From Macrostomum lignano (lineage: Eukaryota), in the NCBI GenBank assembly GCA_002269645.1, contig NIVC01000036.1, forward strand, positions 372,001 to 436,000: a stretch of DNA of 64,000 nt, written 5' to 3'. The stretch's first letter is position 1, and the number at the start of each line of letters is the position of its first letter. Under the pieces are notes generated by a model, which did no database searches, was not told the origin of the DNA, and worked only from the letters and a program-made list of their open reading frames with translations. Shown piece after piece: positions 22,741 through 33,963 of this stretch. The translations under genes were made by a program, and so were the position numbers.

Positions 22741-23484
22741 GACTATCGGACGCGAAAGATATTATTAATGTTCGGATTCGGACACAAGTCTAAAGCAAAG
22801 ACTTTAGTTGACAATAAAGTTACGAAACACATTAAAGTTATTTTCTTTACCATAGCCAGACCGTACCATCCGAGCTAATCTCGTTTCGTTAAAACAAAAC
22901 TGAATTTCTCCTACGTATTAGTGTTGACCTGTGCCATGTACTGTTGATTTTCGTGTAGTTTTTCTTGCATATTCTGTGCTATTATCTATCTCAAATTTTC
23001 TGTCTTAAAGATTATGTATATTTTTATCGCGAACCAACATCAAAGCAAAGTAAATAATTAAACTTGAGATTAAGTAAAACAAAAAAAATTCTAAATTTTC
23101 AATGATAATAACAAAAATAACTGCTAAATATTTGCTAGCTACCTAAACTGATTTGTTTTGCTATGTACACATTAGAACGCAACAATTCAAATTCGAGTAT
23201 CTTAATTAAATTTCGATTGAAACTGAATTTTTAAAATATGTTTTAATTATATTTGTTCTTTTAGTACCAGTTTGCAGGTCACAAAAATTATACTGTAAAC
23301 ATGTGATTGTGAACCAACCATATCTGATGCTGTGCATCCCATACACTCGATTGTATTGTACATGCTGCGAATAAAACATCAATTGATAATTTTTTTAATT
23401 TAATAAATATATAAGCGTGACAAATACGATATTATACTGTGACTCAATCCTTCCTGTTATTTGTGATTTATTTCGTCCATTCGG

Positions 23485-23885
23485 CTGGCGCCCCAGTTGC
23501 TGGCGCCCCTGTTGCTGGCGCCCCTGTTGCTGGCGCCCCTGTTGCTGGCGCCCCTGTTGCTGGCGCCCCTGTTGCTGGCGCCCCTGATGCTAAACTCCTG
23601 GTACTAATCCCCTGGTGCTAAATCTCCTGGTGCTAAATCCCCTGGTGCTAAATCTCCTGGTGCTAAAGCCTCTGATGCTAGCGCCCCTGGTGTTAAAGCC
23701 CCTGGTACTAAATCCCCTGGTGCTAAATCTCCTGATGCTAAAGCCTCTGGTGCTAGCGCCCCTGCTGCTAAAGCCCCTGGTGTTAAAGCCCCTGGTGTTA
23801 AAGCCCCTGGTGTTAAAGCCCCTGGTGTTAAAGCCCCTGGTGTTAAAGCCCCTGGTGTTAAAGCCCCTGGTGTTACAGCCCTTAG
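23485..23885. repeat. 15-bp minisatellite grading from TGGCGCCCCTGTTGC to TAAAGCCCCTGGTGT
   Basis: Intergenic tandem copies; 15-bp period explains open frames on both strands. Confidence 0.93.
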
Positions 23886-24051
23886 AGTTACTAAACACGA
23901 GCATGTCTCACAAATAATGTTCTTTTCAACAATTTGCAGTGCAAATTTCACCAGAGCTTTTGTCTGTAATTGAAATGTCTCTGCGGTTTTAGTGAACACA
24001 ACTGTCTAATTTGCACTTGACTGAGGCTCCTAAAAGGAGCCATGTCAAAAC

Positions 24052-24749
24052 CAAGGACGACTTAAGTAGAAGGACGGGAAACCTCGTTTCTTAGAAAAGT
24101 TTTGAAGGCACTTTTTCCCGAAAAAATACACTACGGAGATAGGAAGTTTTCATTTTTTCAGCACAAAAATTGTTATTGCGTTTGATAGGAGGCAGATCCA
24201 GTGTTCATCTTTTGATATGTTGTGCCTTTTTTATTGCTCTATCGATATTTATAAAGCTTTTCGTTCAGAAAATTAGGATTCTATGTTAATTTTCTATTCT
24301 ACGTATATTTCCTGTATCTAAAAATCACAAAAATGCATGACAGAGCTCCAATATTTGGTTTTATGAACCTATTTTATCATCTCTGTTACAAATATTTGCT
24401 ACACAGTCGGGTAAGAATGATAAAAAAGACTCATGAAGCTAAAGAGCCGAGCCGTGGCATTCTAATGTATTTCAAGCACAAGACACGCGAAAATATACGT
24501 AGAATAAAAAATTAACATAGAATCCCAATTTTCTGAACGAAAAGCTTTATAAATATCGATAGAGCAATAAAAAAGGCACAACATATCAAAAGATGAACAC
24601 TGAATCTGCCTCCTATCAAACGCAATAACAATTTTTGTGCTGAAAAAATGAAAACTTCCTATCTCCGTAGTGTATTTTTTCGGGAAAAAGTGCCTTCAAA
24701 ACTTTTCTAAGAAACGAGGTTTCCCGTCCTTCTACTTAAGTCGTCCTTG
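24052..24749. mobile_element. Non-autonomous fold-back DNA transposon (hAT-type MITE), 698 bp
   Basis: About 260-bp near-perfect inverted arms starting CAAGGACGAC / ending GTCGTCCTTG; perfect 8-bp TSD GTCAAAAC at 24044-24051 and 24750-24757. Confidence 0.88.
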
Positions 24750-24927
24750 GTCAAAACCCGAACATTGTTATCAAGTACAGCAGAAAAAGAAAGTGAAAAG
24801 CGTGTCCAACTCAAGTCTTATCTGAAAGCGCCTAAAAGCACCTAAATTTTATTTTTTGAGTCAGAAAGAAGAAAGCAGTAGAAGGTTTTAGCAACAGCCA
24901 AAATTCTATCGAGTGCTGAAATTCTAA

Positions 24928-26794
24928 ATGCACCCAAAAATATTAATCTTCGTATCGATATTTTCTGCAGTCCATAGTCAGCAGGTAATTGTGTTTTAGC
25001 TGTTAAATCATCCTAAGTATAGAATTAAGAAACTGTTTGCTAGTATGCATGTACTCACTGCTAATGTGCCGCTCTCAGGTAACTTGCGTGAAGCAGATAA
25101 ACAACTGCAAATGTGAGACCAGCTCGGGAAAGTTTATCGATCTGTCACCGATAGCCAGTGCTAGCGGTTTTCAATTCAAAAGGATTCTGGGACCGAATCG
25201 GAACTGGGTGTACTCTTACAATCCGTGCACTGGTGTTCAATGCGAGTCTAGCAGTGACGCGGCTAGTTGTCAGAATTCCGCTGCGGGCTCCCAGGTGAGA
25301 CAATCTTGTCTGTTTATTGATTTAACCTCAATCCAAGAGGGCTGATGGAGGTGCAAATGACCGGTGGGACCAGAGTTTACATGCTCTAGTGCAATGTGTC
25401 TCAATTTGTCTGCAGCTTGAAGTCCCATGTCCCTCAAACCTCTTACTGCAGGTGTCGTTTATAAGTTTTAGTGCTCTGAGGACCAGAGCGTCTCTTACAT
25501 AGGGAGAGCTAAAAGATTTGGGGGAGCAATTTGGGGTGGGTGCTTGCTATCTGGGGGTGCTTGCTGTCTGGGGGATGCTTGCTATTTGGGGGGGGGTGCT
25601 TGCTATCTAGGGGTGCTTGCTATCTGGGGGATGCTTGCTATCTGGGAGTGTTTGCTATCTGGGGATCGTTGTTATCTAGGGGTGCTTGCTATCTGGGGGT
25701 GCTTGCTATCTGGGGATCCTTGCTATCTGGGGGTGCTTGCTATCTGGGGATCCTTGCTATCTGGGGGTGCTTGCTATCTGGGGATCCTTGCTATCTGGGG
25801 GTGTTTGCTATCTGGGGATCGTTGTTATCTAGGGGTGCTTGCTATCTGGGGGATGCTTGCTATCTGGGGGTGCTTGCTATCTGGGGATCCTTGCTATCTG
25901 GGGGTGTTTGCTATCTGGGGATCCTTGTTATCTAGGGGTGCTTGCTATCTGGGGGATCCTTGTTATCTAGGGGTGCTTGCTATCTGGGGATCCTTGTTAT
26001 CTAGGGGTGCTTGCTATTTGGGGGATGCTTGCTATCTGGGGGTGCTTGCTATCTGGGGATCCTTGCTATCTGGGGGTGTTTGCTATCTGGGGATCCTTGT
26101 TATCTAGGGGTGCTTGCTATCTGGGGGATGCTTGCTATTTGGGGGGTGCTTGCTATTGGGGGGTGCTTGCTAGCTGGGGATGCTTCTATTTAGGGAGAAT
26201 GCCTGTTATCAGGTTGAAGGATCAAATGAAGCATTCCGTGCTGTAGAGAGCCAAAAAAGGCAGGTATTGAAGCAACCCAACCCTGTCCTTCTTCAGGAGT
26301 TCCTGCTAGGCTTGCAGAGCACGGCCAAGTTTGGTTACGGCAGCACCTACGGTTTGTACATCAAGTACGACAATAAGCAGAGTGGCGGGATCATCCGGGA
26401 GTCCATGGTCAGTCTGGTCTGCTCGCCGGACGCCACGGACAAGTTTGAGCCCACCGATGATGGAGGAATTTCGAGTCCGTTTATATTCCACAGTAAGCTG
26501 ACTTCGAAGCACGCCTGTGAGGTAGACGGTGGAGGTGGCGGCGGCAGCGGTGGCGGCGGCATGAGCGGCGGGGACGTTCTGATCATCATAGTGCTGGTCC
26601 TGCTGGTTGTCTACCTAGCAGGCGGCTTCGCTGTAAACGTTTTTCTATTGAAGAAGACGGCCAATTTGCAGGCGTTGCCAAACTTGAATTTCTGGATTTC
26701 TGTGCCCGGCTACGTCAAGGATGGAGCGACGTTTACCGCGGCTAAAGTGAGAGGCTTGGCAACTGGGAGCAAACAGAACTATGAGAATATCTGA
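24928..26794 (+). CDS. Cation-dependent mannose-6-phosphate receptor / ATG27-like (MRH-domain) type I membrane protein, 256 aa, 3 exons
   Basis: Exons 24928-24984 (signal peptide), 25079-25294, 26297-26794. Cys pattern CKC...IDLSP...YSYNPC...VSLVC...LTSKHAC, TM segment, conserved YLAGG...LPNLNFW...VKDG, C-terminal YENI sorting motif. Confidence 0.85.
25535..26190. repeat. Intronic ~17-bp G-rich minisatellite (GGGGGTGCTTGCTATCT)
   Basis: Tandem copies in intron 2 of the M6PR-like gene. Confidence 0.94.
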
Positions 26795-27656
26795 GTGCTT
26801 ATTTGATGCCAAACTGCAGAGATTCTCTGAAGCATCACTACATTCATGTTCTTGAATGCCTACTTCATAATGAATATCCAAGGATTTTCTAATCTCTTAC
26901 AAATTAGAAGAATAAGAGGATTAAATTCTTGTATAGTACTTGTTGAATTTTTTGGTAAAATAAAAATCAAATAAATTCTTTGTTGTGATCTCAAAACTGC
27001 TTATTTTACTTTTCAAACCAATACTGTAGGAAGAGCCTGGGTCCTAGGAGCAAGCTTTATAGTCAATGGCCTACGGTGGAAAGGATTTTGTCTTCAACTC
27101 CTGTCTGAGCCATCAACTCCCGCACGCTCTCATGAACTCATAAATTCACTACTCAATCATGAGCACTCCAATCGAAGATAATCAGGGCTAACAATATTCA
27201 ATCAGTTTTTTTTTCGAGGATTTAAAAGTACGAGTACGTCAGAAGGACGCAGAAGGACGCTTTCTCGTACACTTGAAAGTTGGGGTAAATTTCTCAAGAA
27301 ACAAACCAAAAAATATGTCATCTTCTTAAGTCCGAGTACGAGTACGAGTGTACTTGCTTTTTCAGGGGAGAATTCAAAGTTTTTCATTCGGAGGCGTGAG
27401 ATCTTCGATTTGCTGATGACATCATGGAGGAAGATGCAGACATCCTGCAGGAGTTTACAAGATGACTTGAAAAAAAAATTGTCAGGAGATACGGAAATTA
27501 GCACTGAGAAAAAAGTAGTTCTTACTGGAAAGATAAGAAATACGGAGAATCAGTTGGGGGATTTTAAAAATTCCGATCGCGATCGTGTACACTTGGAGGT
27601 GATGTTGATCGAGGGACGACCGAGCAGGCAATCTGAAGGAGTGGAGTGGAGGTTTA

Positions 27657-27657
<1 letters not shown>

Positions 27658-27689
<32 letters not shown>

Positions 27690-27706
27690 ATGATTATGAT
27701 GATGAT
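27658..27706. repeat. (GAT)n trinucleotide repeat
   Basis: Seen directly. Confidence 0.9.
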
Positions 27707-27868
27707 CCTACCTCAGTAACGCATTTGTCAGCGAAAACCGGCCGTCATGGAAATTTACACGATTTTCGAGTCTGGCGTCGTTGAAAATTACGAGCTAGAT
27801 GTTGAAAAAATGAATTTTAGTTGCTTGGATGGATGGGCGGCAGGCAATCTGCTGCATCAGTTAGTTCC

Positions 27869-29839
27869 TCAGACTCCGCCCTCATTCTGCGCAGTCACCA
27901 CCAGCTCCATGTTCACATCTAAGTAGTTCTCAGCAAGCCGCCTAGACAGGGTGTTGTGCTCGCACAGAGTCTCGCCCTCGGCTGGTCCGTACTCGACGCC
28001 GGGTCTGAGCAGCTGGGCCATTCTATAGATGGCGAACGCCTGGAAACAGGAGGCCACCTTTACTGGCGCTCCGCCTGAGACGCTGTAGTTGCCAAGCCGA
28101 TCGGCCAAGTCCGAGTCGGACATTCCCGTGTCGGAAAAGTGCCTCGTTTTGAATGTCGTCAAGGTGCAGGGGTCGTATAGACGATTGAGAAAGCGAGTTC
28201 GAGCGCAAAGAGAGTCGAGTTTCGGTCGGGTTGCGAAGTAGTACAGGCCCTGAATTTTGAGAGGCAGTGAATATTATTTAGCCGTTTAAAGAGCAGAGAG
28301 ATTCTGCAAGATAGCCAATGGTTTCTTGAGCTTTTGAGAGGCGTATCCATGTTTTAAAGGACGTTTGCAACGCTTTCGCAACATTCGTCCCGTCACAATC
28401 GTCACTCATACACACGCTCACACAGAGTTTACACCGGCCCTTTGACTTTCTAATAGTGGCTTTTCGAACTACTTGTACTTGCTCGTAGTTGATGTTTTCA
28501 GGGATGTTTTGTATCGCATGCGGGTGCGCTAGGAGGCTACGCGTTGACGCTTTTCCTCGGCATACCTGCAGAATATTCTGAATAGGCCAGGAAGCAAAAG
28601 TCAGATCGGGATCCGTGACAATCAGCAGAGTGGCATTGGACGATTGCCGCTTAGCATAGTCAAGGTAGACATTCCGCAGGGCCGACATGATCAGCGTTCG
28701 GTCCCGTTTCTCCCCTGCCGAGCGACGCATCGACCAGCCGGGCCGGTGCGAGCGGCCGGAGCTGCCGTAGACGAGTTTCGGCTGGCAACGGGCTGCCGCA
28801 TTGACGCGCCCGCAGCCGAGCACAGATACTCGGCGATCTTGCCTGGCCCAGTTGACCAGACGCGCCCGAGTGTCGTCGTGACTGTCGCCTTCGACTAGAA
28901 CAAATCGAGCGTCGGCAAATGCAGCTGAAAGGCGCAGCAAGTTGTCGATGTTGACAAAGAGAGCGTCCGTGGACGCCGAATCGCGGACAGTCGCCGCGAA
29001 CACCACCGATTGACGTCGAGCCCAGTTCGCACCGATTGCAACGCGTCTTTGAAAACTTAGCTCTTCAGTTGAGAGCCGAAGCACGGGAAGTCGCCACTCA
29101 TTGTCGAATTTGTGCATCGAAAGTCGACGGCGGTTTTGTATAACCCGATTTAAACTTTCAGCTTCGTCTAAAGATGTTGAAATTGATGCTTGTGATCGCT
29201 CAAAGTTCTGCTCATGTTCGTTGTAAGCTGAGCCGCTTGAGTCGAGCTGTTGCTTAGTGTTTCTGTGTTGATGTGTTTTTAATTATACGAGCATCTCGAT
29301 AAACTACTAGATATGAGATAGATATGAAAACGAACAAACGAACGAACGAACGAACGAACGAACGAACGAACGAACGAACGAACGAACGAACGTTGAAACG
29401 AACGAACGATTGATGAAACGAACGAACGCATGAATGATCAAATTAACGAAGTGGGTAATGAAACTGGACTAGCTGTTTAAATGCTTACAGGTATAAATAA
29501 TTGCATGAGCACACTAGTGTACGCACCTTATAAGAACAAAATTACTTACCTGGCCGCAGGTGGATCAGACCAAAAGCTCAGAGGAAGCAGCTCGGCACCT
29601 GTCTTTTCATTCACCAGTGGACGTCTTATAATCAGCAAAAGAAGAGTCACTGCCAGAATCATCGCCAAAAGCTGCATCAGATAGCACAGCCGAAGAACTG
29701 AAGGCGAACTGTGCCGACCGATTCTCGTCACTAAAAATCCACTGAAGCTGCTCAGCTTGAGTCTCATCCTTGATGCAGCATTTAATCGTTCTTTCCTCCT
29801 TTTCATCCGTTCTTTTTCTTGTTTATTAAATAGACACAT
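27869..29839 (-). CDS. Type II membrane GT-A fold glycosyltransferase (CAP59/GT69-like or bacterial GT2-like), ~455 aa, 3 exons
   Basis: Exons 29550-29839 (start codon uncertain; TM LCYLMQLLAMILAVTLLLLII), 28566-29262, 27869-28249, phase-consistent. Motifs VVFAATVRD, VEGDSHDDT, MSALRNVYL, DxD (TDPDL), YDP, VKVASCFQAFAIY, CEH. Confidence 0.8.
29328..29430. repeat. (GAAC)n microsatellite
   Basis: In intron 1 of the glycosyltransferase gene. Confidence 0.93.
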
Positions 29840-30249
29840 ATTTTTTGCAAATAGCAAAATATTTTCAGTAACCAATCGCTTTCGCCCACTGCTCACTGCA
29901 ATCCATCTATCACAGCGTCGCTTACTAATGCCTTTTCAGCTATGAAAAATTCAAAAAAGGCCCTCGAGATTGGCAATTTTTAAGTGCCATTACGATAATG
30001 GAAATGGGCATTAACGAAAAAAGTCATCGTCACAATAGAGGCGAGAACAGATTTTTTGCTTTTGCCTCGAGATGCGAACGCTTTTAAAACGCATCATAAA
30101 ATTTTTCGTCATAAAATTAGAGAAAAATATTTATTTGACTTTTTCAGTAAAAATGAAATATTTCACGAATCAACACAATTGTCTTGTTTCTTCTGCTGTT
30201 TTGTCAGCGAAATAAATACTCCAGGAAAAAAAATATCAACTCTCGCAGA

Positions 30250-31703
30250 TTATTCGTTGACGGTCTCCGAGGCACTCGGCGATGGCGAAGTTGACGATCC
30301 TTCGCCAGACGGCGAGCCGGCGCCGCCTTCGCCTTCTTCGCCTCCGGCCGGCTCCTCGTCGATGACGCGTAGAACGGCGGCAGCGGCCTCGCGTTCCATA
30401 GGCGTTGACTTGCTGACGAAGATGCTCGAACCGTTGGTGAGGCCGCAGCCGACTGCGGTAACGTCGCCAAGGAGCATCTGGTGCGGAATGCCAGTCGGCG
30501 AGGACAGCGTGCCCGCCGCCGGGTCGCCGAAGAAACCGTCGCGGCAGAACACAATGTCGGAGTCGGACTCAATGCCGAGACGACAGGAGAAGGCCCTCAG
30601 GGCGGCCTTGATTGGGGCACCCTTCTGCAGGCGGAATCGATAGCCCAGAGTCCACTTGCGCAGCTTCTCCTCGCTAAATAGGCTTTCGGATTTGGCCACC
30701 TGCCGATGGGAAAGAGGATTGGATTTTAAGGATGGGACTTTAAGGATGGGATTTTAAGGATGGGATTTTAAGGATGGGATTTTAAGGATGGGATTTAAAG
30801 TATAGGATTTCGAAGCTGGACTATTATAGGTGGGATTTTAACGATGGAATTTCAAGGATAAGATTTTAAGGATGGGATTTTAAGGATGGGATTTTAAAGA
30901 TGGGATTTTAAAGATGGGATTTTAAGGATGGGATTTTAAGGATGGGATTTAAAGTATAGGATTTTAAGTGTAGGATTTCGAAGCTGGACTTATATAGGTG
31001 GGATTTTAACGATGGAATTTCAAGGATAAGATTTTAAGGGTGAGATTTTAAGGATGGGATTTTAAGAATGGGATTTGAAGGATGGAATTTGAAGGATGGG
31101 ATTTTAAGGATGGGATTTTAAGGATGGGATTTTATGGTTGGGATTTTAAGGATGGGAATTTAAGGATGGGATTTTAAGGTTGGGATTTCAAGGATGGGAT
31201 TTTAGAAACGGGATTTTAAGGATGGGATTTTAAGGATCGGATTTAGGTTTGGTATTTTAAGGATGTGATTTTCAAGATGGGATTTTAGGAATAGGATCTC
31301 AAGGATGGGATTTTAAGGATAGGATTTTAAGGATGGAATATAAGGTTAGGATTTAGGGACGTTAGTTAAAGTTTTTTCTTGCCCTCACCTGCACCAGACT
31401 ATTAAGAACGGCACGATAATCAGGTATCCGAATGCGGAAGTACATAAAATTAAACTTCGAAGCCGTCAGCTTGCTCTGCTCGGCCAGTTTGCCAGATATA
31501 GCGGAGTTATTGTCCTGGTCCATCCAGGAGAACACGTCATCGAGGGGATTTAATCCCGAAGTCAGCGCTTTGTGCACCTGGGCGAGCTGCCGGTTCTCGC
31601 GGACGCGCTGCAGAGCTGGCGCAAATGGAACCGGAGCCATCTGGGGCACAGGATTTAGCTCTCCTGGACAGGATACGGAAGCTGGAACGTGCAGCTGATG
31701 CAT
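30250..31703 (-). CDS. Uncharacterised protein with putative SUMO/ubiquitin-like C-terminal domain (5' end uncertain)
   Basis: Exons 31389-31703 and 30250-30699 joined by a phase-0 GT-AG intron; FRLQKGAPIKAALRAFSCRLG...IVFCRDG...GLTNGSSIFV matches a SUMO-like spacing; acidic tail. Confidence 0.5.
30712..31358. repeat. Intronic 14-bp minisatellite (AAGGATGGGATTTT)
   Basis: Fills intron 30700-31388. Confidence 0.93.
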
Positions 31704-31959
31704 GCTTCTTCAAGGAATGCTACTGGATCAGCTGGTAGTGATGAAGTGTCCTCCTCGCTCTGGTTCTCTGGGGGGTTTGACCTTGGCTGAATTACTCAAT
31801 TCTCTATCTACTGTTTAAGTACAAAACTATAAAATTTTAGTCTATGGTAGAAGCCTAGTGTTAATCTCCTCTGCGACCGTATCGCTGCGATTTTTCGTTG
31901 TCATATAAAGTACTCGTAGCTCATGTACTTTTGGCGAATTTGCATTATGTTCAATTAGT

Positions 31960-33220
31960 AGGGAGAGACAGGTAGGGAGAGACAGGTAGGGAGAGACAGG
32001 CAGGGAGAGACAGGCAGGGAGAGACAGGTAGGGAGAGACAGGCAGGGAGAGACAGGTAGGGAGAGACAGGCAGGGAGAGACAGGCAGGGAGAGACAGGCA
32101 GGGAGAGACAGGCAGGGAGAGACAGGCAGGGAGAGACAGGCAGGGAGAGACAGGCAGGGAGAGACAGGCAGAAAGAGACAGGCAGGGAGAGACAGGCAGG
32201 GAGAGACAGGCAGGGAGAGACAGGCAGGGAGAGACAGGCAGGGAGAGACAGGCAGGGAGAGACAGGCAGGGAGAGACAGGCAGGGAGAGACAGGCAGAAA
32301 GAGACAGGCAGGGAGAGACAGGCAGGGAGAGACAGGCAGGGAGAGACAGGCAGGGAGAGACAGGCAGGGAGAGACAGGCAGGGAGAGACAGGCAGGGAGA
32401 GACAGGCAGGGAGAGACAGGCAGGGAGAGACAGGCAGGGAGAGACAGGCAGGGAGAGACAGGCAGGGAGAGACAGGCAGGGAGAGACAGGCAGGGAGAGA
32501 CAGGCAGGGAGAGACAGGCAGGGAGAGACAGGCAGGGAGAGACAGGCAGGGAGAGACAGGCAGGGAGAGACAGGCAGGGAGAGACAGGCAGGGAGAGACA
32601 GGCAGGGAGAGACAGGCAGGGAGAGACAGGCAGGGAGAGACAGGCAGGGAGAGACAGGCAGGGAGAGACAGGCAGGGAGAGACAGGCAGGGAGAGACAGG
32701 CAGGGAGAGACAGGCAGGGAGAGACAGGCAGGGAGAGACAGGCAGGGAGAGACAGGCAGGGAGAGACAGGCAGGGAGAGACAGGCAGGGAGAGACAGGCA
32801 GGGAGAGACAGGCAGGGAGAGACAGGCAGGGAGAGACAGGCAGGGAGAGACAGGCAGGGAGAGACAGGCAGGGAGAGACAGGCAGGGAGAGACAGGCAGG
32901 GAGAGACAGGCAGGGAGAGACAGGCAGGGAGAGACAGGCAGGGAGAGACAGGCAGGGAGAGACAGGCAGGGAGAGACAGGCAGGGAGAGACAGGCAGGGA
33001 GAGACAGGCAGGGAGAGACAGGCAGGGAGAGACAGGCAGGGAGAGACAGGCAGGGAGAGACAGGCAGGGAGAGACAGGCAGGGAGAGACAGGCAGGGAGA
33101 GACAGGCAGGGAGAGACAGGCAGGGAGAGACAGGCAGGGAGAGACAGGCAGGGAGAGACAGGCAGGGAGAGACAGGCAGGGAGAGACAGGCAGGGAGAGA
33201 CAGGCAGGGAGAGACAGACA
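31960..33220. repeat. 14-bp purine-rich minisatellite (GGGAGAGACAGGCA)
   Basis: About 90 near-identical copies. Confidence 0.98.
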
Positions 33221-33524
33221 GTAATACGAATTTTCAAGTCATATTACTTGTAGCAGCATTTCACACTAAAATAGGTAATAATTCAAACAGAATCCAAGTA
33301 CTTAAGCCGCGTGTATTTATGATAAGCCAGCAAGCCATCTGAGCGAGAAAAAGCTTCTTGCACCAAGCAAATAAGATAATGGCTTGAGGAAAATAAGAAA
33401 CAAGTTAAATCTTCTGGGTTTGATTCACAATAATGGACGGTTACTAAATAATAGATTATTTTACAGCACCGACGTAGTTTGATTATGAAAGGCAGTATAA
33501 GAAGCCACGGGGTATGGGAAGGTT

Positions 33525-33812
33525 GAGAATTGTGAAGTTTGGGGATGGTGAAGATTGGGGATGGTGAAGATTGGGAAATTGTGAAGATTGGGGATTGTGA
33601 AGATTGGGAAATTGTGAAGATTGGGAAATTGTGAAGATTGGGAAATTGTAAAGTTTGGGAAATTGTGAAGATTGGGGATTGTGAAGATTGGGGATGGTGA
33701 AGATTGGGAAATTGTGAAGATTGGGAAATTTTGAAGATTGGGAAATTGTGAAGATTGGGAAATTGTGAAGATTGGGGATTGTGAAGATTGGGGAATTGTG
33801 AAGTTTGGGAAT
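33525..33812. repeat. 17-bp minisatellite (GAAGATTGGGAAATTGT)
   Basis: Tandem copies downstream of the HYOU1-like stop codon. Confidence 0.92.
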
Positions 33813-33963
33813 TTTTAAGTCTGGTGTTTAAATAAAGTCCGTTGAATTTAGCAAAGGTGAAATTTCGCTTGGAGAATGTGAAAATCTTACCAAAACCATC
33901 ACAAAAGTCAGGATAAGGAACTGCAGTCAGCCCTAGAAAATCTCGGTTGAAGTTTATTAAACT

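Noticed and set aside
23439-23999. Collagen- or mucin-like ORFs (AGAPV, PGALT repeats); similarly QREGSGVQMKD (36344-36865), DPHTPVLIS (46505-47369) and SACGAKM (48576-48893)
   Set aside because: In-frame repeat periods open all or several frames; no splice or signal context; two of them lie inside introns of identified genes.
27220-27360. Recurrent GAGTAC/GTACTC clusters (also ~31910, ~49470, ~51000-51100, ~51680)
   Set aside because: Probably eroded transposon termini, but too short and unpaired to define an element.
27410-27784. 124-aa ORF with poly-Asp
   Set aside because: Driven by a (GAT)n microsatellite; no recognisable domain or splice partners.
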